A stretch of 35,001 nucleotides of DNA from assembly GCA_034660555.1 (NCBI GenBank), contig JAYEJL010000172.1, positions 1 to 35,001 on the forward strand, given 5' to 3'. The position numbers were made by a program, and so were the translations under genes. Below are positions 1 to 10,541 of the stretch, in pieces (the first letter of the stretch is position 1; each line of letters opens with the position of its first letter). The stretch is from Thermotogota bacterium. Its GTDB lineage: Bacteria; Thermotogota; Thermotogae; Petrotogales; Kosmotogaceae. The notes under the pieces were generated by a model that was not told the DNA's origin, did no database searches, and saw only the letters and a list, made by a program, of their open reading frames with translations.

Positions 1-57
1 GAATCACTATCCACTTTTCAATGACCCTCTCATCCGCTCTATTCTAGCGCAATCCCT

Positions 58-86
58 ATATTACCATCCACTTACTACACTGTCAA
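58..86 (-). promoter_or_regulatory. sigma70-type promoter for a gene beyond the left edge of the window
   Basis: Minus strand TTGACA (86-81), 17-nt spacer, TAATAT (63-58) with TG extended -10; SD-like GAGAGGG at 31-25 and a possible GTG start at 14. Confidence 0.6.
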
Positions 87-129
87 GTTACATCTTTCCT
101 TACTTTACCTTTTCTAATTTGTGAATTAA

Positions 130-1410
130 CTAAAGCTCAAAACTTATGGTTCCACCATTCTCTTTAGAACTTAAAATTGATACATTCCATTTGCCTGTAA
201 GATACCTATTTATGACTTCATTTACCTCATTTACATTCAGGGAATCAATATTCTCTAATAATTCTTCAATAGATGATGGGTATCCCGTGGTTATCATCTC
301 ATCAATGTGACGACTTATTGTTGCCAAAGTACTTTCGGTACTCAGCATCAATTTACCTTTTAATCTTTCTTTACCATAATTCAATTCACTACTTTTAATA
401 CCATTTTCTTTCAAACGAAGTAGTTCTCTTCTTATACTGTTTAATAACTTACCGAGGTTTCTTGGATTTGTTGAAGCATTTATAAAGAAAGATCCAAAAT
501 CCCTGTAAGCGACATATTCTGAATGTATGTTATATACCATACCCTGTTTCTCACGAATGTTATGGAACAGGATTGAACTCATACCGCTACCAAAAAAAAC
601 ATTAAACACTCTAAATGCCTCAAAGTCTTCTTCATTATTCCTTCCGGGCCCTGGTTTAGAAAGCAATATATGAGTCTGTTTTAAATCTTGCTTAACTTCT
701 GAAAAATACACCGGATCTTCTTTGATTTTACCCATAATATTGTTGTTGCTACTACTTGAACCCTGGATACAAGAAAGCATGTTTTTTATTTTCTCAAGCA
801 CTTCATTGCTGTAATTTCCTGTTATTGCAAATATCATTTTATTGGATGAGTACATCTGATTATGAAATTCAGATATTTGATCTTTACTAAACCCTTCAAC
901 AGTTTTTCTAGTACCCAAAACAGGTCGTCCGTAATTCTTATCCCATATTTTTCTTATTGTCATATCATAAATATAATCGAGCGGATCATCCTCAGCTTCA
1001 GAAATTTCTTCAAGGACTACTTGCTTTTCCAGTTGAACTGCCTGTTCATTAAATGATGGATTTAAGACAAGATCGTATAATATTTCTAGGGCATCATCAA
1101 TATGAGTAACTGGCATTTGAGCAAAATAGACCGTTGCCACTCTGCCAGTGTATGCATTCAATGTACCACCTACTCGTTCAATTGGTTCTTTAATATCAAA
1201 TGTGCTTCTGGTTTTAGTTCCTTTGAATACTGTATGTTCAACAAAATGGGAAATACCAGAATTGTCATCTTTCTCGTATGCTGAACCAACCTTCACAGCA
1301 AAAGCAATAGATACAGTTTTTCTGTCACCCATATGTTGGCTTACAAGCGTTGCGTTATTGGCTAGTTTTTCTACTTTCGTTGGTGATATTTCGCTGGAAG
1401 TGATTCTCAT
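130..1410 (-). CDS. M16 family (insulinase/pitrilysin-like) zinc peptidase
   Basis: Inverted zinc motif HFVEH (HxxEH), GGTLNAYT, C-terminal [11 protein letters not shown] pair; ATGA overlap with the pnp stop. Confidence 0.92.
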   Translation of the reverse strand: MRITSSEISPTKVEKLANNATLVSQHMGDRKTVSIAFAVKVGSAYEKDDNSGISHFVEHTVFKGTKTRSTFDIKEPIERVGGTLNAYTGRVATVYFAQMPVTHIDDALEILYDLVLNPSFNEQAVQLEKQVVLEEISEAEDDPLDYIYDMTIRKIWDKNYGRPVLGTRKTVEGFSKDQISEFHNQMYSSNKMIFAITGNYSNEVLEKIKNMLSCIQGSSSSNNNIMGKIKEDPVYFSEVKQDLKQTHILLSKPGPGRNNEEDFEAFRVFNVFFGSGMSSILFHNIREKQGMVYNIHSEYVAYRDFGSFFINASTNPRNLGKLLNSIRRELLRLKENGIKSSELNYGKERLKGKLMLSTESTLATISRHIDEMITTGYPSSIEELLENIDSLNVNEVNEVINRYLTGKWNVSILSSKENGGTISFEL

Positions 1411-3596
1411 CTTCTTCCGCCTTTGTTATCCCTTCTCTGGTTACTATGTTTCCCAGATCTATTCTTTTGGGATTTCTTGTCATCATTAATTTCAACGCCA
1501 TAGCGTTTTAACTGAATTCTTCCCATATCATCGATGGCTGTAACCTCAACCTTTACCTTAGAACCAATTTCTCTATCTTTAAGAAATTGCTTAATATGTT
1601 CTCCGAGTTTGGATGAATGTAGTAAACCAACCTTACCAGGAGCCAGTTCAACAAATACACCATAAGGTTCTATCCGCGTTATTGTTCCTTCATATACAGA
1701 ACCGGCTTCTACATCTTTTATCATGGTTTGTATCACGCTCATCAAATCTTCAATCTTTTCTCTATTTTCACCAATGATTTTTACTTGACCAGTTTCATCA
1801 TCTATAGATATTTTTGCTTCGTAATCACCACTAAGCTTCTTTATAACTCTTCCACCTGGACCAATTAGCTCTCCAATCTTATCCTGTGGAACATCAATAA
1901 CTTTAATTGTTGGCGCATAGTTAGAAAGCTCCTTGTTGGGTTCTGGAATAACATCGTACATAATGTCAAGGATATGCATTCTTGCATCATGTGCCTGATG
2001 CAAAGCTTTAAGCATGAGTTCTTCTGAAACTCCTGAGACCTTAACATCCATCTGAAATGCAGTTATTCCATCCCTGGTACCGGCTACTTTGAAATCCATA
2101 TCACCGTAATGATCTTCATTACCCAGGATATCAGTTAAAACTTTTGTATCATCTTCTTCTTGAATAAGACCCATTGCTACACCAGCCACATGTTTTTTCA
2201 ATGGAACCCCGGCTGCCATCAAGGCAAGCGATCCAGAACACACCGTGGCCATTGAAGATGATCCATTAGATTCAAGAATTTCAGAAACTATCCTTATTGT
2301 GTAGGGAAATTCCTCATCGGACGAAACCAAATTTTTTAATGATCGTTCTGCTAGATGTCCATGACCAATTTCCCTTCTGCCCGGTCCTCTAAGTCTCTTA
2401 ACCTCACCTGTACTGAAAGGAGGGAAGTTGTAATGAAGCATAAATGTTTTTGAACCTTCTTCAAACAGCGTATCAATGATTTGCTCATCAATGGGAGCAC
2501 CTAAGGTAACTGTACCCAAACTCTGTGTTTCTCCTCTGGTAAATAACGCTGAACCATGTGCTCGAGGAAGAAGATTTACTTCACAACTAATTGGTCTAAT
2601 ATCTGTTGTCTTTCTTCCATCCATTCGTAGATCTCTTTCTATGATCCTTCTTCTCATGTATTTTTTTACTCTTTCTTCATAATGTTCCTTTAGAAAACCT
2701 TCAACTTCAGCAAATTCTTCTTCTGTTAGTTCCTCACCAAGTTTTTCTTTGAACTTATCTATTAATTCGTTTCTAAATTCCTTTAGCTTTCTTGATTTTG
2801 CTCGTTTCCCCTCAATGTTAAATGCTTCTTCAATTTTTGAGTCATCTATCAATTTATCAAAACGTTCTATGATTTCTTCCGGTTTTTCAGGGATCTCTAC
2901 TTCCCATTTTTCTATCTCAAACTCAGATATAATTTCTTTCTGAAATTCAATGAGTTTTTTAATTGCTTCATGAGCTTTTTTCAGTGCCTCCACCATTATC
3001 TCTTCGGAGACCTCTTTTGCTTCACCTTCAACCATAGTTACAGCATCTTCTGTACCGGCAACAACAACATCTATCTTACTCTTTTTTAGCTGTTCAACAC
3101 TCGGGAATAATACAAATTCCCCATCAATGTATCCGATTTTCACGCCTGCAACAATCCCCTCAAAAGGGATCGGAGAAAGATTAAGAGCTAGAGAGCTGGA
3201 AAATATCCCCATAGTATCCGGTGGATTATCTGTATCAGCTGACAGCACCGTGATAATTATTTGAACTTCATTTGTCATGCCATCAGGGAATAACGGTCTT
3301 AAAGGTCTATCTATAAGCCTTGCAGAAAGTACTGCATTTTCACCAGGTCTACCCTCTCTTTTTATGAATCCACCAGGTATTTTACCAGCCGCATAAAATT
3401 TTTCCTGATATTCTACGGTCAAGGGAAGAAAATTTAATCCTTCGTTTCTTTCCTCTGAACCTCCAACTGTTGTTAGTAAAGCAGATTCGTCAAATTTTAC
3501 AAAGCAAGCTCCATCCGCTTGTTTGGCCATTTTACCGTGTTCAACAACAAGTTTCTTTCCAAAAATTTCACGTTCCCATTTTTTAAATTCAGTCAT
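1407..3596 (-). CDS. pnp: Polyribonucleotide nucleotidyltransferase (PNPase)
   Basis: [36 protein letters not shown] motifs, KH (IGPGG) and S1 domains; start moved to ATG 3596 behind SD GAGGTG. Confidence 0.98.
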   Translation of the reverse strand: MTEFKKWEREIFGKKLVVEHGKMAKQADGACFVKFDESALLTTVGGSEERNEGLNFLPLTVEYQEKFYAAGKIPGGFIKREGRPGENAVLSARLIDRPLRPLFPDGMTNEVQIIITVLSADTDNPPDTMGIFSSSLALNLSPIPFEGIVAGVKIGYIDGEFVLFPSVEQLKKSKIDVVVAGTEDAVTMVEGEAKEVSEEIMVEALKKAHEAIKKLIEFQKEIISEFEIEKWEVEIPEKPEEIIERFDKLIDDSKIEEAFNIEGKRAKSRKLKEFRNELIDKFKEKLGEELTEEEFAEVEGFLKEHYEERVKKYMRRRIIERDLRMDGRKTTDIRPISCEVNLLPRAHGSALFTRGETQSLGTVTLGAPIDEQIIDTLFEEGSKTFMLHYNFPPFSTGEVKRLRGPGRREIGHGHLAERSLKNLVSSDEEFPYTIRIVSEILESNGSSSMATVCSGSLALMAAGVPLKKHVAGVAMGLIQEEDDTKVLTDILGNEDHYGDMDFKVAGTRDGITAFQMDVKVSGVSEELMLKALHQAHDARMHILDIMYDVIPEPNKELSNYAPTIKVIDVPQDKIGELIGPGGRVIKKLSGDYEAKISIDDETGQVKIIGENREKIEDLMSVIQTMIKDVEAGSVYEGTITRIEPYGVFVELAPGKVGLLHSSKLGEHIKQFLKDREIGSKVKVEVTAIDDMGRIQLKRYGVEINDDKKSQKNRSGKHSNQRRDNKGGRR

Positions 3597-3682
3597 TTTC
3601 ACACCTCTTTTTTTACTCCAGTTCACTTAACTTTTTTCATTATACAGCAAGTGAAGCATTTCTTTCTTAAGAAATAATGTGT

Positions 3683-3710
3683 AAATTAAAGGGGAGCGAA
3701 AGCGCCCCCC
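3683..3710 (-). terminator. Probable intrinsic terminator after rpsO
   Basis: Minus strand GGGGGGCG-CTTT-CGCTCCCC 8-bp stem (one G.U) followed by TTTAATTT. Confidence 0.7.
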
Positions 3711-3734
3711 AATTAGTATTTTGATCGTTTTGGA

Positions 3735-3989
3735 TTATCTACGTAAACCTAATTTAAAAATTATCTCTTTATAAACCTCCGGTTTATTCTGTTTCAAGTA
3801 TCTAAGCATTCGTCTTCTTCTTCCAACCATTTTAAGCAAACCTCTTCTTGAATGAAAATCCTTTGGATGATCCTTTAAGTGTTTTGCAACGTGAGAAATC
3901 CTCTCGGTAAGAATAGCAATTTGTACTTCAACTGATCCTGTATCTTTTTCGTGAATTTGATACTCCTTTATAAGGCTTTCCTTTTCCAT
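3735..3989 (-). CDS. rpsO: 30S ribosomal protein S15
   Basis: [46 protein letters not shown]; upstream of pnp. Confidence 0.98.
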   Translation of the reverse strand: MEKESLIKEYQIHEKDTGSVEVQIAILTERISHVAKHLKDHPKDFHSRRGLLKMVGRRRRMLRYLKQNKPEVYKEIIFKLGLRR

Positions 3990-4006
3990 CAGTATACCTC
4001 CTATTC

Positions 4007-4054
4007 GGTTCCTCTAGCCAAGTAAAGGATTGCACCATTTACTGAGCCAGGGCC
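4007..4054 (-). promoter_or_regulatory. Structured rpsO 5' leader, candidate S15 autoregulatory RNA
   Basis: Long irregular hairpin GG-CC-CTGGCT-C-AGTAAA-T-GG/loop/CC-TTTACT-T-GGCTAG-A-GG-AA-CC between the promoter and the SD. Confidence 0.6.
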
Positions 4055-4059
4055 AATTT

Positions 4060-4088
4060 ATTGTAACGGGTTCTTCCCTCATTGTCAA
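4060..4088 (-). promoter_or_regulatory. rpsO promoter
   Basis: TTGACA (4088-4083), 17 nt, TACAAT (4065-4060). Confidence 0.85.
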
Positions 4089-4100
4089 GTGCAGTCTATT

Positions 4101-5384
4101 TTATAGATTATAAAAGGAGTCTTTCCCAAGAAACCTGGCATTCTCACCCAATTCTTCTTCTATTCTCAATAACTCGTTGTATTTAGCTATTCTTTCGCTT
4201 CTTGATGCTGAACCAGTTTTTATCATACCTAAGTTCGTCGCCACAGCCAGATGAGAAATAAATGTGTCTTCGGTTTCGCCTGAACGGTGAGACACGACAC
4301 ATGTCAAGCCATGTTTTTGAGCATATTCAATAGTTATAAGTGTTTCAGTAACAGAACCAATCTGGTTTAACTTAATAAGTATAGAATTTGAGCAATTGTT
4401 TTCTATTCCTTTCTTCAGTCTTTTGATGTTTGTTACGTAAAGGTCATCACCAACGATTTGAATCCTATCACTTAATCGTTCTGTCATTTTTGTGAATCCT
4501 TCCCAATCTTCTTCGAAGAAAGGATCTTCAATAGAAATGATTGGATACTTGGTTACCAGATCCTCATAATAATCTAGTAATTCTTCAGTGGTTTTTTCTT
4601 CACCATCAACTATATAAACCTTCTTTTCTTCATCATAGAATGAGTCAGCTGCACTATCAAGGGCCATGAAAATCTCTTCACCCGGTTTATAACCCGCTCC
4701 TTCAATTGCTTTAATAATATTCTGCATTGCTTCCTCATTGTTAGAAAGATTTGGCGCAAATCCTCCTTCGTCGCCAACAGATGTTACATGACCGGCTTTG
4801 TTCAACGTTTTTTTGAGATGATGGAAGGTTTCTACACCCGCTCTCAAAGCTTCTTTAAAACTCTTAAATCCAGCTGGTACAATCATGAATTCCTGTATTT
4901 CCAGATTGTTATCTGCATGTTGACCACCATTTACGATATTCATGAAAGGTACAGGTAACTGTTTTGTGTTGGCACCTCCAAGATACCTATAAAGTGGGAT
5001 CTCAAGATACTTTGAAGCAGCTCTTGCCACAGCCATAGATACAGCGAGAATTGCATTGGCACCAAGTTTATCTTTGTTTTCAGTGCCATCCAGTTCCAGT
5101 AAAGAACGATCCAGCTCTAGTTGATCAAGTGCATTTAAATCCATGATTTCAGGCGCAATTATCTCATTTATGTTTTTAACTGCTTTTGTTACACCTTTGC
5201 CCATGAATCTGTCTTTATCACCATCTCTAAGCTCTAAAGCTTCAAATTTACCAGTTGATGCTCCAGAAGGTACAATCGCCCTGGCAGATGATCCATCGTT
5301 AAGCCATACTTCAGCCTCAACTGTAGGATTTCCTCTTGAATCAAGTACTTCTCTTGCCACTAAATCCACTATTTGTGCATACAT
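4101..5384 (-). CDS. eno: Enolase
   Basis: [41 protein letters not shown]; start set at ATG 5384 behind SD GGAGGT. Confidence 0.98.
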   Translation of the reverse strand: MYAQIVDLVAREVLDSRGNPTVEAEVWLNDGSSARAIVPSGASTGKFEALELRDGDKDRFMGKGVTKAVKNINEIIAPEIMDLNALDQLELDRSLLELDGTENKDKLGANAILAVSMAVARAASKYLEIPLYRYLGGANTKQLPVPFMNIVNGGQHADNNLEIQEFMIVPAGFKSFKEALRAGVETFHHLKKTLNKAGHVTSVGDEGGFAPNLSNNEEAMQNIIKAIEGAGYKPGEEIFMALDSAADSFYDEEKKVYIVDGEEKTTEELLDYYEDLVTKYPIISIEDPFFEEDWEGFTKMTERLSDRIQIVGDDLYVTNIKRLKKGIENNCSNSILIKLNQIGSVTETLITIEYAQKHGLTCVVSHRSGETEDTFISHLAVATNLGMIKTGSASRSERIAKYNELLRIEEELGENARFLGKDSFYNL

Positions 5385-5395
5385 AATCACACCTC

Positions 5396-6097
5396 CTATT
5401 CAGGTATTACAAGTGTTCCAACATCTTCCTGTTTTATTGCCCTTAATAAGTTATCTGATTTGAAAAAATTAATAATTACAAGGGGTATTTTTTTACGCCA
5501 ACACAGCGAAAAAGCTTCTCGATCCATGATCTTCAAATCTCTTCCAATGGCTTCTTTAAAACTAACTTTTGAGATCTTCTCAGCTGAAGGATCAGTCCTT
5601 GGATCTGTTTCATATATTCCATCTACCTTTGTACCCTTAATTACAACATCTGCCTTAAACTCAGCTGCTCTAATAATTGCAGCTGTATCAGTAGTGAAAA
5701 AAGGCAGTGTCGTACCACCAGCAAAGATCACGATTTTGCCCTCAGCAAGCTCATCATCAATTTTATCATATTCAAAGCCTTTGATCGCTGGCATATTGAC
5801 CTGTGAGCTTACCGCAATTGCTGGTATATCAGCTTTATTAAACTCACTTTTCAAATAGAGTGCATTAATTGTTGTTCCTAACATTCCAATACTATCGGCT
5901 ATATAGCCATCTACAGTTTTTAGCTGTTTACCTCGAAAAAGATTCCCTGCACCGATTACAAGAATTAACTGGGTTCCAATTTTTAGTGCCTTTTTGATTT
6001 CACTGATTAGATATTCCATTCTTTTCTCATCAAAGCCCTTATTCCCTTCTCCACTTAATATTTCGCCACTAAGCTTCAATACGACTCTGCGATACAT
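5396..6097 (-). CDS. pyrH: UMP kinase
   Basis: [35 protein letters not shown]; start set at ATG 6097 behind SD GGGGG. Confidence 0.96.
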   Translation of the reverse strand: MYRRVVLKLSGEILSGEGNKGFDEKRMEYLISEIKKALKIGTQLILVIGAGNLFRGKQLKTVDGYIADSIGMLGTTINALYLKSEFNKADIPAIAVSSQVNMPAIKGFEYDKIDDELAEGKIVIFAGGTTLPFFTTDTAAIIRAAEFKADVVIKGTKVDGIYETDPRTDPSAEKISKVSFKEAIGRDLKIMDREAFSLCWRKKIPLVIINFFKSDNLLRAIKQEDVGTLVIPE

Positions 6098-6108
6098 ATC
6101 CAACCCCC

Positions 6109-6134
6109 AAAAAAGGTGAGCAAAAGCTCACCTT
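6109..6134 (-). terminator. Terminator/attenuator-like hairpin between tsf and pyrH
   Basis: AAGGTGAGC-TTTT-GCTCACCTT stem running into a T6 tract on the minus strand, directly abutting the pyrH SD. Confidence 0.7.
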
Positions 6135-6143
6135 ATTCTATGA

Positions 6144-6743
6144 TTATTCTTCACCAATTTCCCATCTTACAAATCTTCCAACTTCAATATTCTCTCCTGT
6201 TTTTGATACAAGTTCTACAATTAATTCTTTAATTGATTTCCCCTTCTCAAAAACATATTCATGCTCTAAAAGACAGTTTGTTTGATAGAAATCTTCTATC
6301 TTATTATCTACGATTTTTTTAACAATGTGATCTGGTTTACCTGATTCTTTCATTTGTTCTTTGTATATTTCTCTTTCTTTTTCAATAACTTCTTCTGGTA
6401 TATCTTCTCTTTTTACCCAGCGAGGTTTCATTGATGCAATCTGCAATGATATCTTATGAGCAAGTTCTTTAAACTCTGACGTATTCGCAACGAAATCAGT
6501 ATTACAATTGAGTTCAAGAAGAACACCGACTTTATCGTTATGATGGATATATGAATAGATAATCCCTTCAGTTGCAGCTCTGCCGGCAACTTTTTCAGCC
6601 TTGGTAATACCCTTTTTCCTTAGAAATTCTTTTGCTTTTTCATAGTCGCCATTTGTTTCAACAAGTGCCTTTTTACAATCCATCATGCCAGCAGCAGTCA
6701 TGTCTCTTAGCTTTTTTACCATATCAGCAGTAATATCTGCCAT
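6144..6743 (-). CDS. tsf: Elongation factor Ts (short, 199 aa type)
   Basis: VKKLRDMTAAGMMDCKKAL, LNCNTDFVA, GENIEVGRFVR; SD AGGAGG. Confidence 0.97.
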   Translation of the reverse strand: MADITADMVKKLRDMTAAGMMDCKKALVETNGDYEKAKEFLRKKGITKAEKVAGRAATEGIIYSYIHHNDKVGVLLELNCNTDFVANTSEFKELAHKISLQIASMKPRWVKREDIPEEVIEKEREIYKEQMKESGKPDHIVKKIVDNKIEDFYQTNCLLEHEYVFEKGKSIKELIVELVSKTGENIEVGRFVRWEIGEE

Positions 6744-6827
6744 TTCTTGATACCCTCCTTCAACTACAAATTCTTTGTCAATTATATCGTAAATTGTTCA
6801 TCAATTCTTTCGCTACAGTTAAATTCG

Positions 6828-7307
6828 CTAATTTTTCTTATAAAGCTCCATTAATTTTGCAGCAACCTTTTCTGGAACCCATGATGACACATCTCCACCG
6901 AATTGAACAATCTCCTTCACCATCGATGAAGATATGTATGAATACTCATTATCTGTCATTAGAAAAAAAGTCTCCATGGTATTGTATAGAGCCTTATTAG
7001 CGTGTGCCATTTGAAGCTCATGCTCAAAATCAGATATAACTCTTAACCCTCTTATTACAACTTTTATAGAGTTCTGATTCAAAAAATCTACAAGTAATCC
7101 GTCATATGAAACTACCTCTACATTTTTAAAATCTTTCAGAGAATCCTTTGCCATTTCGGTACGTTCTTTGAAACTAAAAGAATAGGTTTTTCTGACATTA
7201 TATGTGACTAGAACGATTATTTTTTCAAAAATCTCAGCAGAGCGCTCAATTATATCAATATGGCCATAGGTTATTGGGTCAAAAGATCCTGGATAGACAG
7301 CTTCCAT
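6828..7307 (-). CDS. coaD: Phosphopantetheine adenylyltransferase
   Basis: YPGSFDPITYGH, IRGLR-x2-SDFE, ISSSMVKE; start set at ATG 7307 behind SD GAGTGA. Confidence 0.96.
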   Translation of the reverse strand: MEAVYPGSFDPITYGHIDIIERSAEIFEKIIVLVTYNVRKTYSFSFKERTEMAKDSLKDFKNVEVVSYDGLLVDFLNQNSIKVVIRGLRVISDFEHELQMAHANKALYNTMETFFLMTDNEYSYISSSMVKEIVQFGGDVSSWVPEKVAAKLMELYKKN

Positions 7308-7311
7308 AGAA

Positions 7312-7776
7312 TCACTCGCTTTCTTCTTCAATTGACATCTCCACTTTCTTCTTGTTTGTCAATTCTGTACCGATGTTAAGTAAATCCCTAATGGTAGTTT
7401 TACCTAATTCATCCATCATTGCTCTGTAAAGATTAAACCACACATATTTAATGACGCATTCATTATGTTCCTCACATTTCTCACTATCATGAATGCAAAC
7501 AAAAGAATTAAGTGGCTTATCAAGATTTAGGATTACATCTTTGACCAGGATTTTTTCTGGAGATTTTGCAAGACCATAACCACCATACCTTCCACGAACG
7601 GATTTCACTATTCCATTTTGCCTTAATTCACCCAGTATTTTTTCTAGAAAATCAGCAGGAACCTTTGTTCTATTTGCAATCTTAACCAATGATAGTTTTT
7701 TAACTTTCTTATCTTCAGCTTTTGCAAGTTCATATAGAGCTTTTAATGCATAACTACTCTTCACCGTAAAGCCCAT
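7312..7776 (-). CDS. Rrf2 family transcriptional regulator with three Cys (probable Fe-S cluster)
   Basis: YALKAL, FLEKILGELR, wing SVRGRYGGY, C-x6-C-x5-C; start set at ATG 7776 behind SD GAGGTG, overlapping the ftsY end. Confidence 0.9.
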   Translation of the reverse strand: MGFTVKSSYALKALYELAKAEDKKVKKLSLVKIANRTKVPADFLEKILGELRQNGIVKSVRGRYGGYGLAKSPEKILVKDVILNLDKPLNSFVCIHDSEKCEEHNECVIKYVWFNLYRAMMDELGKTTIRDLLNIGTELTNKKKVEMSIEEESE

Positions 7777-8686
7777 TTGATACCACCTCTCCATCTTCAG
7801 ATTCCAGCAGAGCGCTAACAAAAACGTTGGAATCAAAAGGTTTAAGATCATCGGCTTTTTCGCCTACACCTAAGAATTTTATAGGCAATTGAAGCTCTTT
7901 CGCAATAGCAAAAACGATTCCACCTTTGGCTGTACCATCAAGTTTTGTTAGAACAATGCCACTTACATTGACAGCTTCAGTAAATTTCTTTGCCTGCACA
8001 AGCCCATTTTGTCCCGTTGTTGCATCAATAGTAAGTAATACTTCATGAGGCGCTCCAGGTACCACTTTTGAAACAACTCTGTGTATCTTCCTTAGTTCCT
8101 CCATAAGATTGCGTTTGGTATGAAGTCTTCCAGCTGTATCGATGAAAACTATATCTTTATTCTTACTCTTTGCATGACTAACAGCATCGTAAGCAACTGC
8201 AGCAGCATCAGCTCCCTGTTTTTGAACAATTACTTCCACTCCAACAAACTTTCCCCACTCTTTAATCTGTTCTATGGCAGCAGCTCTAAAAGTGTCACAA
8301 GCAGCAAGCACTACTGATTTCCCTTCATCATTATAGATTTTTGCGAGTTTTCCAAGTGTTGACGTTTTTCCGGTCCCGTTAACACCAACTATAGAAATGA
8401 CTTCTGGTTTATTCAATTCAATGTTTTTTTCTTCGATTCTTAGAATTTCTATTAAAATTTCACGAAGCGCCATCAAGGGATTATCATGATTCTTACTTCT
8501 TTCTTTGAGCTCATCAATAACATGATTTACCGTTTCAATACCCATATCTGAAAGAATTAACAATTCTTCAATTTCTTCTATGCTTTCTTGATCAAGTTTA
8601 GAACCGGATAATGCTGTTTTTATCTTATTAAAAAAAGTTTCTCTGGTTTTTTTGAGCCCATCTTTAAATTTTGAAAACAAACCCAT
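7754..8686 (-). CDS. ftsY: Signal recognition particle receptor FtsY
   Basis: GVNGTGKTS, DTFRAAA, DTAGR, TKLDGTAKGG. Confidence 0.97.
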   Translation of the reverse strand: MGLFSKFKDGLKKTRETFFNKIKTALSGSKLDQESIEEIEELLILSDMGIETVNHVIDELKERSKNHDNPLMALREILIEILRIEEKNIELNKPEVISIVGVNGTGKTSTLGKLAKIYNDEGKSVVLAACDTFRAAAIEQIKEWGKFVGVEVIVQKQGADAAAVAYDAVSHAKSKNKDIVFIDTAGRLHTKRNLMEELRKIHRVVSKVVPGAPHEVLLTIDATTGQNGLVQAKKFTEAVNVSGIVLTKLDGTAKGGIVFAIAKELQLPIKFLGVGEKADDLKPFDSNVFVSALLESEDGEVVSNGLYGEE

Positions 8687-8700
8687 TGCAAGAACCTCCG

Positions 8701-10434
8701 TTAAATCACAGGATTATAACTTTGAAGCAACTCATCAACTTTGTTAAGTATTTGCTCAATGCCATTTTCAAAAGATACATCAATCTGTTCATCTGAGTTC
8801 CTCAATTTGAGCTCGATCTTTTTGTCTTTGATTCTTCTCCCCAGGGTAACTCTTAAAGGAATTCCTATTAAATCAGCGTCCTTAAATTTGGCACCGGGTG
8901 AAAGATTTCTGTCATCTATTAATACCTCGAAACCGCGTTTTTCTAAGCCTTGTTCCAACTCTTCTGAAAGTTTTCTTTTATTCTCATCATCACCCAATAT
9001 GGTTATGATTACATGAAAAGGCGAGATGGCAAGGGGCCATAATATCCCATTTTTATCATGCAGCTGTTCAGCAGCAGCCTGCAACGTTCTTGATATCCCC
9101 CAGCCATAACAACCCATTATGTAAGGTTTATTTTTACCATTTTCATCCATAAAGGTTGCATTCATCTTTTCTGAGTATTTCGTTCCAAGTTTAAATATTT
9201 GTCCCAGTTCTATACCACGAGTTGATTCCAGTGCTTTTCCACAGCGGGGACAAGGATCCCCTTCATTAACTGTCTTTAGATCTGCCCAATCGTCTATTTT
9301 AAAGTCTCTATCAGGACAAACATTTACTAGATGAAAATCTTTTTTCATTCCTCCCACCACAAATTCATCCATTTCTCTGATACTGTAATCTGCAATTATT
9401 TTTACATTCTGCTTAGGTTTAACGGGTCCGAGAAATCCGATTGGTACACCAAACTCTTCATAGACCTCTTCAGGATCAACCATCTGCAAGCTTTGATCCT
9501 TCAAAACAGCCTTTAATTTAGCCTCGTTTATTACTTCGTCTCCTCTAATCAAAGCCATTAGATAACCTTCTCTGCCTTTATAAAGTAAAGATTTCACTAT
9601 ATTTGATTTATTTCTTTTCAGATAATTCGCCACATCCTCTACAGTTTTCATTGAAGGTGTGTGGATTAATTCTGGTTGAGGTTTATCTTCACAGCCAAAA
9701 GTGAAAGGCTCTTTATCTATTTTATATTCTGCCCTTTCATCGGTTGCTGCATAACCACATTCACAATACAAAATTTTAGACTCTCCATTATCCGCTAAAG
9801 CACAGAACTCATGAGACTCACTACCACCAATTGTTCCTGTGTCCGCTTCAACAACTCTGTATTGCAATCCAATCCTATTCATAATTTTGCTGTAAGCACC
9901 ATAGAAATCCCTGTAGCTATTATCCAAAGAATCCCAATTTGCATGAAAGGTATACGCGTCTTTCATAATAAATTCTCTGGCTCTCATTAATCCAAAACGA
10001 GGTCTTATTTCATCTCTGTACTTATTTGCTATCTGAAATAACGACAATGGAAATTGTTTATATGAGTTCAATTCATTTCTGAGTACTGCTGTGATTATCT
10101 CCTCGTGTGTTGGACCCAGCGTGAAATATCTTTCATTTCTATCTTTCAGTTTCATCATTTCAGGGCCATAATCGTCCCACCTACCCGTTTCATGCCACAA
10201 TTCAGCAGGTTGGATGATGGAAAGCATGATTTCCTGGCTTCCTATTCTTTTCACCTCTTCTCTAACGATATTTTGAATCTTCTCCAAAACTTTTAAACCC
10301 AGAGGAAGATAAACATATACGCCAGCAGCCACCTTTCTCACAAATCCCCCTCTAATTAACAATTTTATGCTGGGGAGATCAGCTTCTGAAGGAGCTTCAC
10401 GTAATGTAGGAGCATAAAATTCTGAAAAACGCAT
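8701..10434 (-). CDS. proS: Proline--tRNA ligase, bacterial type with editing insertion
   Basis: LGPTHEE, RDEIRPRFGLMRAREFIMKDAY, GIELGQIFKLG, MGCYGWG, anticodon-binding domain. Confidence 0.97.
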   Translation of the reverse strand: MRFSEFYAPTLREAPSEADLPSIKLLIRGGFVRKVAAGVYVYLPLGLKVLEKIQNIVREEVKRIGSQEIMLSIIQPAELWHETGRWDDYGPEMMKLKDRNERYFTLGPTHEEIITAVLRNELNSYKQFPLSLFQIANKYRDEIRPRFGLMRAREFIMKDAYTFHANWDSLDNSYRDFYGAYSKIMNRIGLQYRVVEADTGTIGGSESHEFCALADNGESKILYCECGYAATDERAEYKIDKEPFTFGCEDKPQPELIHTPSMKTVEDVANYLKRNKSNIVKSLLYKGREGYLMALIRGDEVINEAKLKAVLKDQSLQMVDPEEVYEEFGVPIGFLGPVKPKQNVKIIADYSIREMDEFVVGGMKKDFHLVNVCPDRDFKIDDWADLKTVNEGDPCPRCGKALESTRGIELGQIFKLGTKYSEKMNATFMDENGKNKPYIMGCYGWGISRTLQAAAEQLHDKNGILWPLAISPFHVIITILGDDENKRKLSEELEQGLEKRGFEVLIDDRNLSPGAKFKDADLIGIPLRVTLGRRIKDKKIELKLRNSDEQIDVSFENGIEQILNKVDELLQSYNPVI

Positions 10435-10467
10435 AGATACCCTCCTTTATTGTTGACCATTTCTGTG

Positions 10468-10515
10468 AGATTATATCATGCTTATGGAATTATTACTTTG
10501 ACTCTGATATAATCT
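10468..10515. promoter_or_regulatory. Divergent extended -10 promoters for proS (minus) and the nucleoside phosphorylase (plus)
   Basis: TGATATAATCT on each strand (10478-10468 minus, 10505-10515 plus). Confidence 0.65.
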
Positions 10516-10541
10516 AAGCAGTGAAAGGAGGCCTCTAAACT

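Noticed and set aside
6144..6743. Truncated EF-Ts
   Set aside because: The ~200 aa form is the known short EF-Ts type found in Thermus, Thermotoga and cyanobacteria; both ends are intact
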